Below are positions 1 through 12,059 of a stretch of DNA of 64,000 bases, in pieces. Source of the stretch: Camelus ferus. Its lineage: Eukaryota. Position 1 is the stretch's first letter. Each line of letters begins with the position of its first letter. Both the position numbers and the translations under genes were made by a program. The DNA lies in NCBI RefSeq assembly GCF_009834535.1, contig NC_045698.1, positions 13,394,001-13,458,000 on the forward strand, in the 5' to 3' direction. The notes beneath the pieces were generated by a model that worked only from the letters and a program-made list of their open reading frames with translations, did no database searches and was not told the origin of the DNA.

Positions 1-393
1 TATTTTCTAAATCTGTCTCAATGCACTCAATAGAAAATTTTTTTGTTGTAAATTTTTTTCTGTATCCTGAGATTCTCTTTAAATCTAATTAACAATATTT
101 TCTTTTTCTATGTTGATTATTTTCTTTAATATTGTTGCATTTATTTCCCAGTAGAGTTTTTTTTTAACATTCTTTTCATCATAATGAGTAAAGAATGTTA
201 AGAAAATTTGGACTTGCACTATATATCCATTCTTACTCTCTTATTTATCATACTAGTTTATTTTTTGCTTCTAAATTTTGTCAGAGTTCTCTGACTTATA
301 AATGTCACTTTGGAGTTCGTAACTATTTAGTCCATGTTCACATTATCTGAACGGTCAGATTCAGTTGGCTACTCGAGGTGTTATAATCAATGC

Positions 394-436
394 TATATAT
401 ATTTTTTATATATATATATAATTATATATATATAAT
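394..436. repeat. (TA)n microsatellite, interrupted
   Basis: tatatatattttttatatatatatataattatatatatataat. Confidence 0.9.
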
Positions 437-934
437 GTCTGCTGGCAAATCAAAATTATGTTTGATTTGTCTTTAATCAAACACTTTCAAGTTTTTCTTG
501 AAATTTGAAATTTACCCTTTTTAATATAAATTCACAAATTTTGGATGTTTCTTCTGGTCTTATTTGTTTTCTAACTAACACTCATCTGGAATACCCTCCT
601 TAGAGCAATTCTGAGTTTAAATGCTAGGCTTTGGGAGTTCACAATTAGAGAAAGGGGATGATTACTAACTTCTTTTAGAAAGAAATGTTCAGTGGAAAAT
701 TGATCAGACAGCTTTTGTATTTTAATGTTCTTTAGTATGTCCAACAACTCCAAGATACGTCTTTTACAATTTTCATACTTTCACCCAAGATTTGGTAATT
801 TAATATAATAATTGTCAATTCAACTATTGTTTTAATTCAGTGATACATAAAATTGCCTTCTGAACTGAGTTTTCAGAAGTCAAGGTATAACAGCCTTAGA
901 CAGTATTTTTTTAGATAATGGCCTTAAGTTTCAT

Positions 935-1055
935 TCTGTGCTTAGGATTAGAATGAAAAGATGTGAATCTGCCCTTTTGTCACTCCCAACTGTGCAAAAT
1001 TGTCTGGAGTGGTCACATGATTCTACAGCCTTCAAAGTTTTTATCTCTTCCAAAC
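935..1055 (+). mobile_element. Highly degraded MIR SINE fragment
   Basis: Weak similarity to MIR core (gaatctgccc...cactcccaactgtg...gtcacatgattct...ccttcaaagtttttatct). Confidence 0.3.
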
Positions 1056-1499
1056 AAGTTGACAACTGGCTTCATGGGGACAAATTTTCCATATTACAGA
1101 GGTAAGGTAACTAAAATTGATAATTTATTAGCTACTTAACTTTAGAATGCCATTGGCTCTTGTTTCCCATCATAGAAGTCAAAGCAAAAAGAGATCTTAT
1201 TTTTGGCCTTGTCTTGTTCTTAAAATAATATGTACATGATGCATATTTTCCCAAAGTCATAAGTACCTATTTATTCTTCACTTAACATTCTTTTGCCTAA
1301 AAGGAACATGAATCTATCTAGTCTGGTTATCATTTAATAGAAAGATCTATTGAAAGAAATAGAGGTCTCCTTTCCACAAATAAAGTTAACCTAACGGGAA
1401 AAAATAAGCAATGTCTTGTTTGGATTGTATTTTGAGGTAAGCCAAGTGTTGGCAAATGCAAAACATATATAGGAAAGTATGAAGGAGAAATTTTAAATT

Positions 1500-2262
1500 G
1501 GGAGATGACATTGTTACCACTGATCAGTCTCAATCTGACTAAAACTGATCAACTCTATAAAGATGTCCCCTCTTTCATGCAATACGTTGTGAATTGTACT
1601 GCACTTCCTCTGGGTTAGTCTTACCAAAATGATTTGAACCTGGGCTTAATCAATATTTATTTCTAGCTTCCTGTTTACAAGACATACAATATAGAGAGCA
1701 AAATATTAGATGACATCAGTGGGAATTACCCAGATAAATATAGACTGAAGGGGAAATTTAGTAAAATCGGACACAGTTATTTCTAGAAATTAGTAACATG
1801 GAAACAAACAAATAAGCTAACCAAATAAGGAAGATATAATAGTCATGATAACCACATGGGGAGTACTGAGATTTTAGACTTTGTTTTATTCTTAATTCAA
1901 ATAGTCCATCTATAACAAATAATTTTTTTTTAAATCAGGAAAATGTAAGTATAGTCAAGGTAGTAAATTATATTAAGGAATTTTTGGTAACTTTTAGGTG
2001 GGATAATTGAATTGCATTTAGGTAATCTTTGTATATCTTTGATTTTTAGAAATGCCTAATGAAATATTTATGGATAAAATGAAATATTTATGCTTTTTTA
2101 AAATTACTACACCAATTAAGAAAAAAATGAGATGAGTGAAATGTGTGGCAAAATACTAGTTATTAAATGTGAATGAATTAGGACATTATATTGTTTTTCC
2201 CTACATTTTGTAGGTTTGCAACCTTTCATAATAAAGCTGGTTTTTGAAAATTACAAAAAATA
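1500..2262 (+). mobile_element. Ancient L1 3' end (L1MC4/L1MC5-like)
   Basis: Colinear similarity to L1MC-type 3'UTR: ccactgatcagtct..., ttgaacctgggcttaatcaa, tatattaaggaattt..ttttaggtgggataat, tgtggcaaaatacta, ttcataataaa followed by A-rich end. Confidence 0.7.
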
Positions 2263-3084
2263 AATGTTGGTCATGACATCAATTTCACAACTTTCTAATG
2301 AGTTGAAATCTGCAGTGAAAAAAAAAATCCTAATATTCCAATAATTAGGTTGTGAGGGTGAATTCATTTCTGTAGATTTCCTTCTGTTTCATCCATTTTT
2401 TTTCTCTTTCCTCAGTGAATGTTAACGACCAACATATGGAGGCAACATCTTTTTTTGGTAGTACAATTTTGGTTTTAATTGTATTTATTCCTAAAACTAT
2501 TAGGAAGAAGTGCACATTTGGGATTAATAATTGTATTTCCGATTCTTGGAACTAAAAGTGTATGCACATTATTCTTCTGTGAAACCTTATTTCCATGTGA
2601 TCTCAGAACATAATAAGCCACAGATCACTATTAAAATTTGTGCCCTGGATTCCATAAATTTGTGGTTATAATAAAAATCATAATGTGAGAAAGAAAAGGA
2701 AACTTTAATAATGCTTTAAAGAAAAGAACACTCTGCAAATAATAATTTTGATGTGAGAATGAAAGTGCAAATAAAACATAGTTTTATGCACACAAATTAT
2801 AGGAAGCACAGTATAATATCTTCCCAAATTGAAGAAAATGCTGAAATTCCAAAATTTAATGACAAGAGCTGGAGTGTTCGGGGTATCTGCATGCAACTCT
2901 GCCTCTCTAAACACTGCTATTAACCTTAGCATCAACACCTCTCAGTTTCTCCAGGTTCCCTTGCTAATGTAAAGTTCAACTTTCTTTTAGAGAAACTATT
3001 TAGCTAACTGTGGACTAGGTAATTCTATCACTGGATCAGCCGCAGTCAGCAAAGTGTGTCATGCAGTGTATATACTATGATCGT

Positions 3085-3172
3085 CGTGAGCTGGAGAAGT
3101 ATTATAACAATACAATAGTGTGCACCTAAAAATCAGTTAAGAGTGCAGATCTCATATTAAGTGTTCTCACAA
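3085..3172 (+). mobile_element. Short L1MA/MB 3'UTR fragment
   Basis: aacaatacaatagtgtgcacctaaaaatcagttaagagtgcagatctcatattaagtgttctcac resembles the L1M 3'UTR motif ..gctaagagggtagatctt..aagtgttctcac. Confidence 0.6.
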
Positions 3173-3232
3173 GGAAGGGAGGAAGTTGGAAGGAGGGGAA
3201 GAAAAGAAGGAGGGAAGAAGGCAGGAAGGAAA
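3173..3232. repeat. GA-rich (GGAA-like) low-complexity tract
   Basis: ggaagggaggaagttggaaggaggggaagaaaagaaggagggaagaaggcaggaaggaaa. Confidence 0.85.
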
Positions 3233-3564
3233 TGTAGTAGTTTCAGTAAGTTTACTTGGAGATGAAGGAGATGCGGGACAAATAATTAGTCAAAGATGGC
3301 CACCACCAATTTTTTTTTCTCCTTGTGTGGGGAGATATTAAGCTTTTTGGTTTAGCCTCTTATTTGCCCCACAACTCTTATCTACTGGAATTCAAGATGC
3401 TATGTAACTATCTCTTATTATTATCATTTTTAATGCAGCTGAATAAAAGGCTTTTCACATTGGGTTAGCTTTGAGTCACATTAAGTAAAGACAACCTTTT
3501 AAGTGACGTCTACCAGGGAACCACCAGACAGGTCAAATAATAAAGGCATTTCAACTACATTCTG

Positions 3565-3860
3565 CTTCAGCCCGTGGCTGCAAGTCTACTTGTTTCCCAT
3601 GATTGCAGGCTCTTGGGTTTCATGGCAGTCATGGAGCTCAAGAGTGATGATGGCTTAGGACAAGTTAAAACAGCGCAAGAGTCACTTTTCTTATCAAGAC
3701 TCATCATTTCTTGAATAAATTCTTCCTGGATTGCTGCAAGTTTGGTTAATTTCCAAAATGCTAACAAACTTGATTCTGATAATTTTAGCCAGTGTTCTCA
3801 TTGCTTTTAAGGAAAATAATTCTTTTGTAGAGCCTGCTGTGTCATTTCGGTTGACATCTG
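3565..3860 (-). mobile_element. Ancient L1M 5' end fragment
   Basis: ttcttgaataaattcttcctggattgctgcaagtttggttaatttcc...ttttagccagtgttctcattgctttta resembles the reverse complement of old L1M 5' termini. Confidence 0.65.
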
Positions 3861-4199
3861 TCTGCACTCATTTTATTCTTCTTCTAGATTGCCATCAAGT
3901 TGCTAATCAACTTGTTGGAAAAAAAATCACTGATTTTATACAAATATTTTATAACATACTAATTTTTATATTTTTATAGTTTCTGAATTTTTTTTAGTTT
4001 TTTTATGTCAGTACTGTAATTTTAAATTCTTACAGCTATCTTACAAATTTTTAATATCTAATAGGACTAATACAATCTTAATATTCTTCTCTTTAAAATA
4101 TGTATTTGATATAGATAATATATAACATACAATGTATATTTATTTTTATTTTATTACAACCTACAACAGCACTTAAATCATTGAGTGCCCAACAGAATA

Positions 4200-4560
4200 A
4201 ATTAAGCAATAAAATGAGCAACACTGGAAATAAGTTAGTAAAACTTTAGAATTTCATTAACAATAAAAAGAAGACCCAAATAGCTTGCAGAAGGCAATAT
4301 AAATCAATCAATCATGGTTATTAATGACAAATATATCAGAACCATGCTTTTTAATCAGAGCCACTGATGACTAGAAGACAAGTACTTTGAGAACAAAGTA
4401 CAGGAATAATAATTTTAAACACGGAATGTTTATTTTAGCCAAAGCTATGGAGAACTATGAGAGAACAGAAATATTTGCAGACATAAACAAATGAGAAAAA
4501 TCTGTTGAAAAAACATTTTAACAAAATTGCACTCCATTTAGAAACTATAAAATCTTTGGA
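4200..4560 (+). mobile_element. Degraded L1ME/HAL1 ORF1-like remnant
   Basis: A-rich; gatgactagaagacaa...aataattttaaacacggaatgtttattttagccaaa...aaatatttgcagacat is typical of the ORF1 C-terminal region; no open frame. Confidence 0.45.
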
Positions 4561-5886
4561 CTAGTCTGAACCTAATAATGTAAGCAATAATTATAAAGCA
4601 AGTATTTCTAGAAAGATACCCAAAATGTATAAATTTGCATGATTATGTAAGACTTATGGCAAATTTCTTTAAATAAACAGACCATATTGTCAAAAATAAA
4701 ATTAAATAGTTAATATTAAATAGAGTATATGAATTACCAAATGAACATACTTGAGATATTAAAATATACAATCATTTTAAACACTCATGACATGTTTTAG
4801 ATAAATGTGTCAAAATAATCTCAATTCACTTTAGAAATAAAAATGAATAAGAAGTATTTTCTGCATATAATGCTATATAACCTTTAAGTAGGCATGTTAT
4901 GTGTAGTTAATGTATACAATGCTAATAAACATATGTTCTTCCTCTCTGATTTCTGAGTTATTGCTTAGTTTTCAACTGTAAAATAAGACAAATACCTTTA
5001 CTTTCTGTAAACCATGTTTGTATCTATATATAAATCATCGATGTCATCTGTATCTATGTGTATGCCGGGGGTGTATGTGCATGCATATTCATATATGTGT
5101 ATCTGCAGATACAGAGTCAATACATTTAGATATAATAAAAACTCATTGAAGAAATCGATATATAATTCCTTGCATCAGAATAGACATGCAAAAAAAGAAA
5201 AGGAATAGACATGCAAAGGTTTTGGGAAATAATCCACGAAGGGTTCAGTTTCATTATTTATAACTGTAGTAACAGCATGTACTCTGGCTGTGTATAAATT
5301 TTCAAGGATGTTTTTGAAATCAGCATCCCTTTGTGTGTGTGTTCTCCAGTAGGGAGTGACAAAAGAAAATAAACATGAATAAACTATCATATACTCACCG
5401 ATGCAAATGCGCTTGTGAGAAAGCACATTCAAGTTCAGAGACAGGCAAGGAGAACACTTTGTAGAAACTCAGAATGATATAGGGTGTCTGAAAATACTTC
5501 TTATAAAATGTTTAGGGATCTGAAAATGCCTTAGTAATAATTTCACTCAGAATCCACATTAAGTGCATGTTTTCCACCATAAGGTACAAATTCAAAAAAT
5601 ATTTTTGAAAAATTCAAAGATATTAATGGAGATGTATGTGCAAGATGAAGACTATGCAGTTATTAATATTTCACAGGAGGCATTCTATCAGTTTTGCCAT
5701 GTTGAAGAAATGCTGTATTTAGTTGTTGTAATAATAAATGTTCCATGAAATAGAGCTATATTACTGTGAGCTAGGGTGTTCTAGCTGACTTCAACACAAT
5801 CATTGACCTCTGTGCTTAAACATTTCTTCCTCCCTGAACATCACACATCTTCTCTGAAAGTAATCCAGAATTAGGCTATCTGGGCA

Positions 5887-5965
5887 GAAAGAAAGAAAGA
5901 GAGAGAGAGAAAAAGGAAGGAAAGAAGGAAGGAAGGGAGGGAGGAAGGAAGGAAGGAGGGAAGAA
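5887..5965. repeat. Compound (GAAA)/(GA)/(GGAA)n microsatellite
   Basis: Pure purine tract gaaagaaagaaagagagagagagaaaaaggaaggaaagaaggaaggaagggagggaggaaggaagg... Confidence 0.95.
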
Positions 5966-6177
5966 ATGCATCCTAGGAGAGGAGCTTAGCAAAATAAAAT
6001 TTAAAGGCAAAGCACAAAGTAACTGTTTTCAGAACATCAATAAGTAACACAGAATGAAGGTGAGGGCTGTGTTCACTATCTTCTACTTGCCTTCTTCGAC
6101 TTAATGCATTTTTTTATGTATTCACCATTTGTTCATTTCTATTGTTTGAAAATGCAATAAATTAAAATTTGAATTAG

Positions 6178-6657
6178 TGTAATAAGGAATAACAAATCTG
6201 ACTCCATATTAGATCCATTTCTTTTCCTTTAACCTTTGTAATCTATTGTTTTTTCTACAAGTTAATCACCAAAAAGATGTTGCCTATGGCTGAAAGTATA
6301 CACAATGGCCCATCCTCGCCCGCCTGAAGGTTCAACTGAAATACCTTTGTTCATCATCTCACAGGAAACTTCCCTATCCAGCCAACCTGTGACCGGCTGC
6401 AGGAGTCTGGCTGAATCCAGGAAGTATTTGCAACAACTTAGGGACATTTTTACTTTACCTCTTCACCTCCCACCTCTTTGTTCTATAAAAGAAACTAACA
6501 TCCAAACCTGGGCAAGACGGTTCTTTAGGACATTAGTTTGCCATCTTCTTGGTCTGCAGGATTTCTGAATAGTATAGCTACACCTTGTCCCAACACCTCA
6601 TCTCCTAAGTTATTGGCCTGTCGTGCCGTGAGCGGTATGAGCTTGGACTTGGTAAAA
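6178..6657 (+). mobile_element. ERV1-class solo LTR (~480 bp)
   Basis: Starts TG (tgtaataagg) and ends ggtaaaa (CA mutated to AA); 4-bp TSD ttag at 6174-6177 and 6658-6661; TATA box ctataaaa ~6483-6490; gactccat and ttattggcctgtcgtgc..gagc motifs typical of ERV1 LTRs. Confidence 0.85.
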
Positions 6658-7485
6658 TTAGTCCCTTAGACCACTCCTAGTAAAATATATTTAATCCAGT
6701 AATTGCTATAGAGTGCTTTACATTTAAATTCAAAAAATTATGTCATGCTTGCTTAGATTCCTATTCATGATATATTCTCTTCCACACTTTGCTATCCTTC
6801 CTCCCAAAGTCCAGAAGTTTACTGCCAATAACATCTAAGTCAGCATTAGTATTTTATAAATGAAGTCCTTTTGTTTTAAAGTTTAATTATATAGCTTGAA
6901 AAATAATTCCAGTCTTCAGATTATGATTTTGTACATTAAGCAGAAATGTAAGCAGATGGTAGAGTGCAGTAATTTTTATTTTCTTGTTTTCATTTTTAAA
7001 TGTTGGATGTTTATGCAAGATTTTGTTTAATTTCAATAGTTACCACAGTTATAAAATATATTACATTTTAAAAACATGAAGCAGATTCTCCAAATGGTAG
7101 GTATTAATCAGACATTTGGCACAAGGTCTTCTAATGCTACATTAACAATCATTTTTGAAATAAGCTTTCCTGTAATTTAGATACATGTTTTGCATTTCTA
7201 GTAATTCCTTGGTGGCGAATGTTTACAAATATTTTTGGAAAATACACTTTGAACAGCAAAACACATTCTCAGTTGTATGAGGATAAGTTAAACATATCAG
7301 ATGAAACTCGTAAGAGTGAAATAAATTCCCAGATTAATTGAGGAGACTCTGATGCAGGGTCTCAGAAAAGAGAGCAAAGCCCAGGATCCTAAGCTTGTGG
7401 AACCCAATGTCTTGAATGATCTGACATTACTGCACCTCAGAATGTGAGAATAGAGACTCGTGGCTTAGAGCACTGCCTAGTCTTC

Positions 7486-7600
7486 TGCTATAGCCTGAAT
7501 ATGTCCTCCCAGTATTCAAATGTAGAAGCCCTAACCCATTCAGTGTAACTGTATTTGGAGAAGGGGCCCTTAAGGAAATAATTAAGATTAAGTGAATTCA
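7486..7600 (+). mobile_element. MLT1B-like MaLR LTR, 5' part only
   Basis: tgctatagcctgaatatgtcctccc...gaagccctaaccc...gtatttggagaagggcccttaaggaaataattaagattaagtga. Confidence 0.8.
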
Positions 7601-8057
7601 TATACCACGACTTCTTTATCCACCATCTGTCAATGGACATTTAGGTTGCCTCCAAGTCTTGGCTATTATATATACTGCTGCTATAAACATTGGGGTGCAG
7701 GTGTCTTTTCGAATTAGAGTTCCTCCTGGATACAGGCCCAGGAGTGTAATTGTTGGATCATATTGTAAGTCTATTTTTAGTCTGGTTTTTTAAGGAACAT
7801 CCATACTCTTCCATATTGGATGCACCAAACTACATTCCCATCAACAGTGTAGAAGGATTTCCTTTTCTCCACACCCTCTCCAACATTTATTTGTGGAGTG
7901 TTTAATGATGGCCATTCTGACTGGTGTAAGGTGATACCTCATTGTAGTTTTGATTTGCATTTCTCTAATAAGTTAGTGATATTGAGCATTTTATCATGTG
8001 CCTGTTGGCCATTTGTATGTCTTCACTGGAGAAGTGTTTCTTTAGGTTTTCTGCCCT
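7601..8057 (-). mobile_element. Young lineage-specific L1 fragment (ORF2 C-terminal region), lacking 3'UTR and poly(A)
   Basis: caatggacatttaggttgc...ttagagttcctcctggatac...tgatggccattctgactggtgtaaggtgatacctcattgtagttttgatttgcatttctct. Confidence 0.95.
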
Positions 8058-10657
8058 GCACAGCTGAAAGGCATTAGGAAAGTGGGTTTCCCTATCATGG
8101 AAAAACCCTCATCAAATGACTGAAAAAGCATAGAGTTGTGACTTGCTTTATTGAATGTTAGACTGTGAAATATTGCATCATAAATTTTTTTCAAGGTCTA
8201 GAGTTTGTGATCTCTAACAGGAAAGCAGTTTTTTTTTTCTAAAACCATTTTCTTTTTCTTAAACCTCCATTTTTGTGGGCAACATATACATAGTTTTTCT
8301 AAGATAGACACATGTTGAGTCTCATATATCAGTAAAGGCATTAAGGACTAATGTATTTTATGTATGAGATTCAAAAATTACACACATTTAGAGGTTCTAG
8401 CATGATCTAGAGAGCACCATATTTGTTTTGACATTTATTAATCCTTAATAATTTTCTTATTTTCCATGAACTTCAAATACTTCATTGGTAAAGTAGAAAT
8501 AATAATATCAGCGTCCTTACTGAAGAGGATGTATAATTATGTTTCTGTCTTCTCCATAGGTATGATGTAAACTTGTTGCTTTAATAGGTATGTTTTGTTA
8601 AGTTTCTTCTGTACTTGGGTAAGTCAGTTAAAATACTGCATAGGGAAATGAAAAATATATTAATTTAAATAAAGCAACATTTTTAGTGAAAATTAATACT
8701 ATGAATACAGAGGGTTAAATATAAAATCAATATTCTGTTTTCGGATTAACTTCTGTTGTTAATTCAATGAATAGAATGGATCTCAAAACTCATTTGTATA
8801 TCTTTATACAGTGAAAATTAGCATCAAAATTAAAAGCAGAATTCTTTATTTTGTACCAGTAATTTTTAAAAACTTTAATAATATCTACTGTGATAGATGG
8901 TCAGTATAGGGCTTTACAAATGTATTTGATGACAAAGTCATCTCTAAAAGAATATCAACTGATATGAGTAATAAAATAAGGCAAAAATAATATACATTTC
9001 ATAATTACAGATGTGTATAGAATGGGAGGAAATGTAATTTTCAGATGTTTATCTTATTATACAAAATTAAGAATTTATCTACACTGAAAAGCTTTCTCTT
9101 TAATGGAAAAAGTTCAAGTGAATGGCTAAATTATTTTTCTAGGATTTAACTTTCTTCCTACATTTTAAACTAATATCTTGTATCTTAAATTACTCAGTGG
9201 AAAAGTAAATTGATGGCATGAAATTAATTTCCACTTTTCAAAAAATCCACATGGATATAAATCACTGCAACTTGGGGGAGATTGAAAAATGACTGTATTA
9301 ACAAAACTTCATGTTCAACAGGCAAATAAACATCCCCACAAATCCAAATCACCGCTGCATGTTTACCCATCATTAGCCATAATCTACTTCAGATGATGAT
9401 GATAAATGAATCAAGAGGCTGGATCCCTGAACAATACCTATTTAATAATAACAAACAACCAAAGACGCAGAAAGACTTGCCTGCCCTGATATTGGTGTTT
9501 AGCCTGGTGGAGACCTGACTTCACTGCTGTCTCCTCCGGCATCAGTGTTCTTCTATTATCAGGGGTCCCTTTCCCATACTATCATAATAATTCTAATCTT
9601 TTCATAAATTCAGTTGATATTGATACACAGTGACAAACTTTCTCACAGTAAACTCAACTTGTATATTTAAGTGGACAGATTGATCAACGTATCTATATAG
9701 ATTGGCCATAAGAAAATATTTGATATATATTTTTCTTATTTCATAATAACTAGCAGTTTGACAATTTTGAAGTTATTGCAAAAGTTATCAATGTTCCATC
9801 CTTCAGGCTTCTAAGCTATAGCTATAAGATTCAGCTTTAACATTTTCATGTTTCTTGCAATAATCAGCAAGGCCTAATATAAACTATTTGGGGACCCAAG
9901 GCACCTGAAAAAGAAGTGCCCTTTGCTTTGTGCCTCCAGTAAGTTCAGACTACAACAGTTTGCAGTTATAAAACATAACTACAACTGGGTGCTATAAATT
10001 GTATTTACAGTGTTTCATGGTCACCTTTTTACCCTTTTTGTCTGTGGGCATGAAATGTCCCCTTTTCATTCTCATTTTCCATTATATTATAAAAGATGCA
10101 GCGTGATACCTCTGATAGCTGTTGTAAAAAGATTTAAAAATACACAGAACTCAGGTCAAGATGGATCTACGAAAACAAAATTTACCCAGAAAAATAAATT
10201 CAGAGCATAAATGACACACTGAGAATTGCACTTAAATCACAGACAAAATTCAAATGCCCCTGCAGATAAATAACAAACACTGATGAAGGAAAAGTGGCAA
10301 ATCCACTAACATGTGATGTGGGGGACTGAATAGTACAAATAATACATATGCTATGAGAGTTTAATTAAAGACACTTGACGGTGTCTTAGATTGACAAATA
10401 GAAGTTGGAACTTAATCCTGGGATCAAAAAAGTAAATTTTATTATTGTATGTAAGAAAGAAAAACAGACATAAGGGGTAAGGACAGGAATTATAGAGAGT
10501 GAGACAAAGGCAGAGATAGTAGAGGAACTAGAGTTAGTGTTAGCGGTGAATCTTCCACGTAAGAATTGAAAAAGTTAAAAACATGATCAAATTTTCCAGT
10601 GTGGGTTGATAGTGCGTATGTTTCAAAAGAATTTTGGTAAAATATTAGAATGACAGC

Positions 10658-10803
10658 TGTATTAGTTTCCTATTCCTACCATAACAAATTACCACAAATC
10701 CAGTAGCTTAGAACAATACAAATTTACTGTCATACAGTTCTAGAGGTCAGATGTCCAAGATGCATCTATTGGCTAAAATCAAGGTGACTGCAGAGCTGTG
10801 TTC
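10658..10803 (-). mobile_element. MLT1D-like MaLR LTR, terminal fragment
   Basis: tgtattagtttcctattcctaccataacaaattaccacaaatccagtagcttagaacaatacaaatttac...cagttctagaggtcagatgtccaa...ggctaaaatcaaggtg. Confidence 0.85.
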
Positions 10804-10804
10804 T

Positions 10805-11445
10805 AAGTGGAGGTCCCAGTGCCCTCCAGCTGGGGGCTTGAAGCCTTTCCTCCTACAGATTAAGGAAAAAAGGTCTGTGTGGATTTTAGTTGGAGGTCGC
10901 TGTTTCCTTCCTCTAGTTTTCATGGGTTTCCAGGCGTGCTCTCAGGACACGTGTTTTGACCATCTTTCCTCCCAGATTAAGCCTTTTGTTCCTTGGAGTT
11001 AAGGGAGAAGATTTTGGGTGGATTTGCTGCTCCAGTACCCAGGTCATCACCTTGGAAACAGTATTCTCAGGACTAACTTCTGATCTGTCCGGTGAGTATC
11101 TGGTGATGTTCACAGAGAAAAAGCTTGTAGGGGGAGTAAATTCTAGGATGCCTGATAACCTCTGTGGCTTCACACTCTCTCACTAGCCCATAGGCAGCAT
11201 CAGGAAATTGTTACAATTTTTTAGCTTAGTTTTACTTACTTTTATATTATCTGGTGATGTTGGTCCCAGGAAAGCAAATGGTCAGGCCCAGTGTCTCCCT
11301 ATAGTTTTCCGTCCCTCTCAGTATTTCTGAGTACTTTGTTCTGTGCCCTCAATTCTCTGATGGTTTCAAGAAAAGCCATTATGTGCAGTTTGTTCAGTTT
11401 TCTTGTGGCAAGTAAGGGTGATGCTCTTTCCAGTGTCTCTTACTT
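10805..11445 (-). mobile_element. Ancient L1M 5'UTR
   Basis: Ends with ccctcaattctctgatggtttcaagaaaagccatt..cagtttgttcagttttcttgt..gggtgatgctctttcca, the reverse-complement start of old L1M 5' ends; GC raised above surroundings. Confidence 0.7.
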
Positions 11446-11511
11446 TTCTTTTCTTTCCTTTTTTCTCTTTTAACAGTAAGGCTTTTATTTACTTAAAACT
11501 CTTTGGGATAC

Positions 11512-12015
11512 TTTCTTTTTTTATGAAAGTATAGTCAGTTTACAGTGTTGTGCCAATTTCTGGTGTAAAGCAGGTTTCAGTCTTACATATACATATATGT
11601 ATTCATTATAGGTTACTACAAGCTGTTGAATATAGTTGCTTGTACTATACAGTATAAATTTGTTATTTATCTATTTTATGTACAGCAGATAGTATCTACA
11701 AATCTTGGGCTCCCATTTTTATCCCTTCCCACCCACCTCCCCCCTGGTAACCATGAGTTTGTTTTCCATGTATGTGAGTCTGTTTCTGTTTTGTAAATAA
11801 GTTCATTTGTGTCTTTTTCTTTTTTTGTAGATTCCACATATAAGTGATATCATATAGTGTTTTTCTTTCTCTTTCTGGTTTACTTCACTTAGAATGATGA
11901 TCTCTAGGTCCATCCATGTTGCTTCAAATGGCATTATTTTATTATTTTTTATGGCTGAGTAGTATTCCATTGTATAAATATACCACAGCTTCTTTATCCA
12001 GTCATCTGTCAATAG
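11512..12015 (-). mobile_element. Young lineage-specific L1, 5'-truncated (3'UTR plus ORF2 end)
   Basis: T-run, then gaaagtatagtcagtttacagtgttgtgccaatttctggtg...; minus ORF 11803-12012 MTDDWIKKLWYIYTMEYYSAIKNNKIMPFEATWMDLEIIILSEVNQ is the L1 ORF2 C-terminus. Confidence 0.97.
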
Positions 12016-12059
12016 GTGTTAATACAGACTTTCAGAAAGCAGGGGATACCTACACTTCC

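Noticed and set aside
1029..1101. 73-nt open segment ending at a strong donor GAG|GTAAGG
   Set aside because: Weak acceptor within a probable MIR remnant; peptide not recognisable.
7601..12015. L1 pieces 7601-8057 and 11512-12015 as halves of one rearranged element (they overlap ~30 bp on the consensus)
   Set aside because: Same strand but wrong order, sequence differences in the overlap and no shared TSD; independent insertions are simpler.
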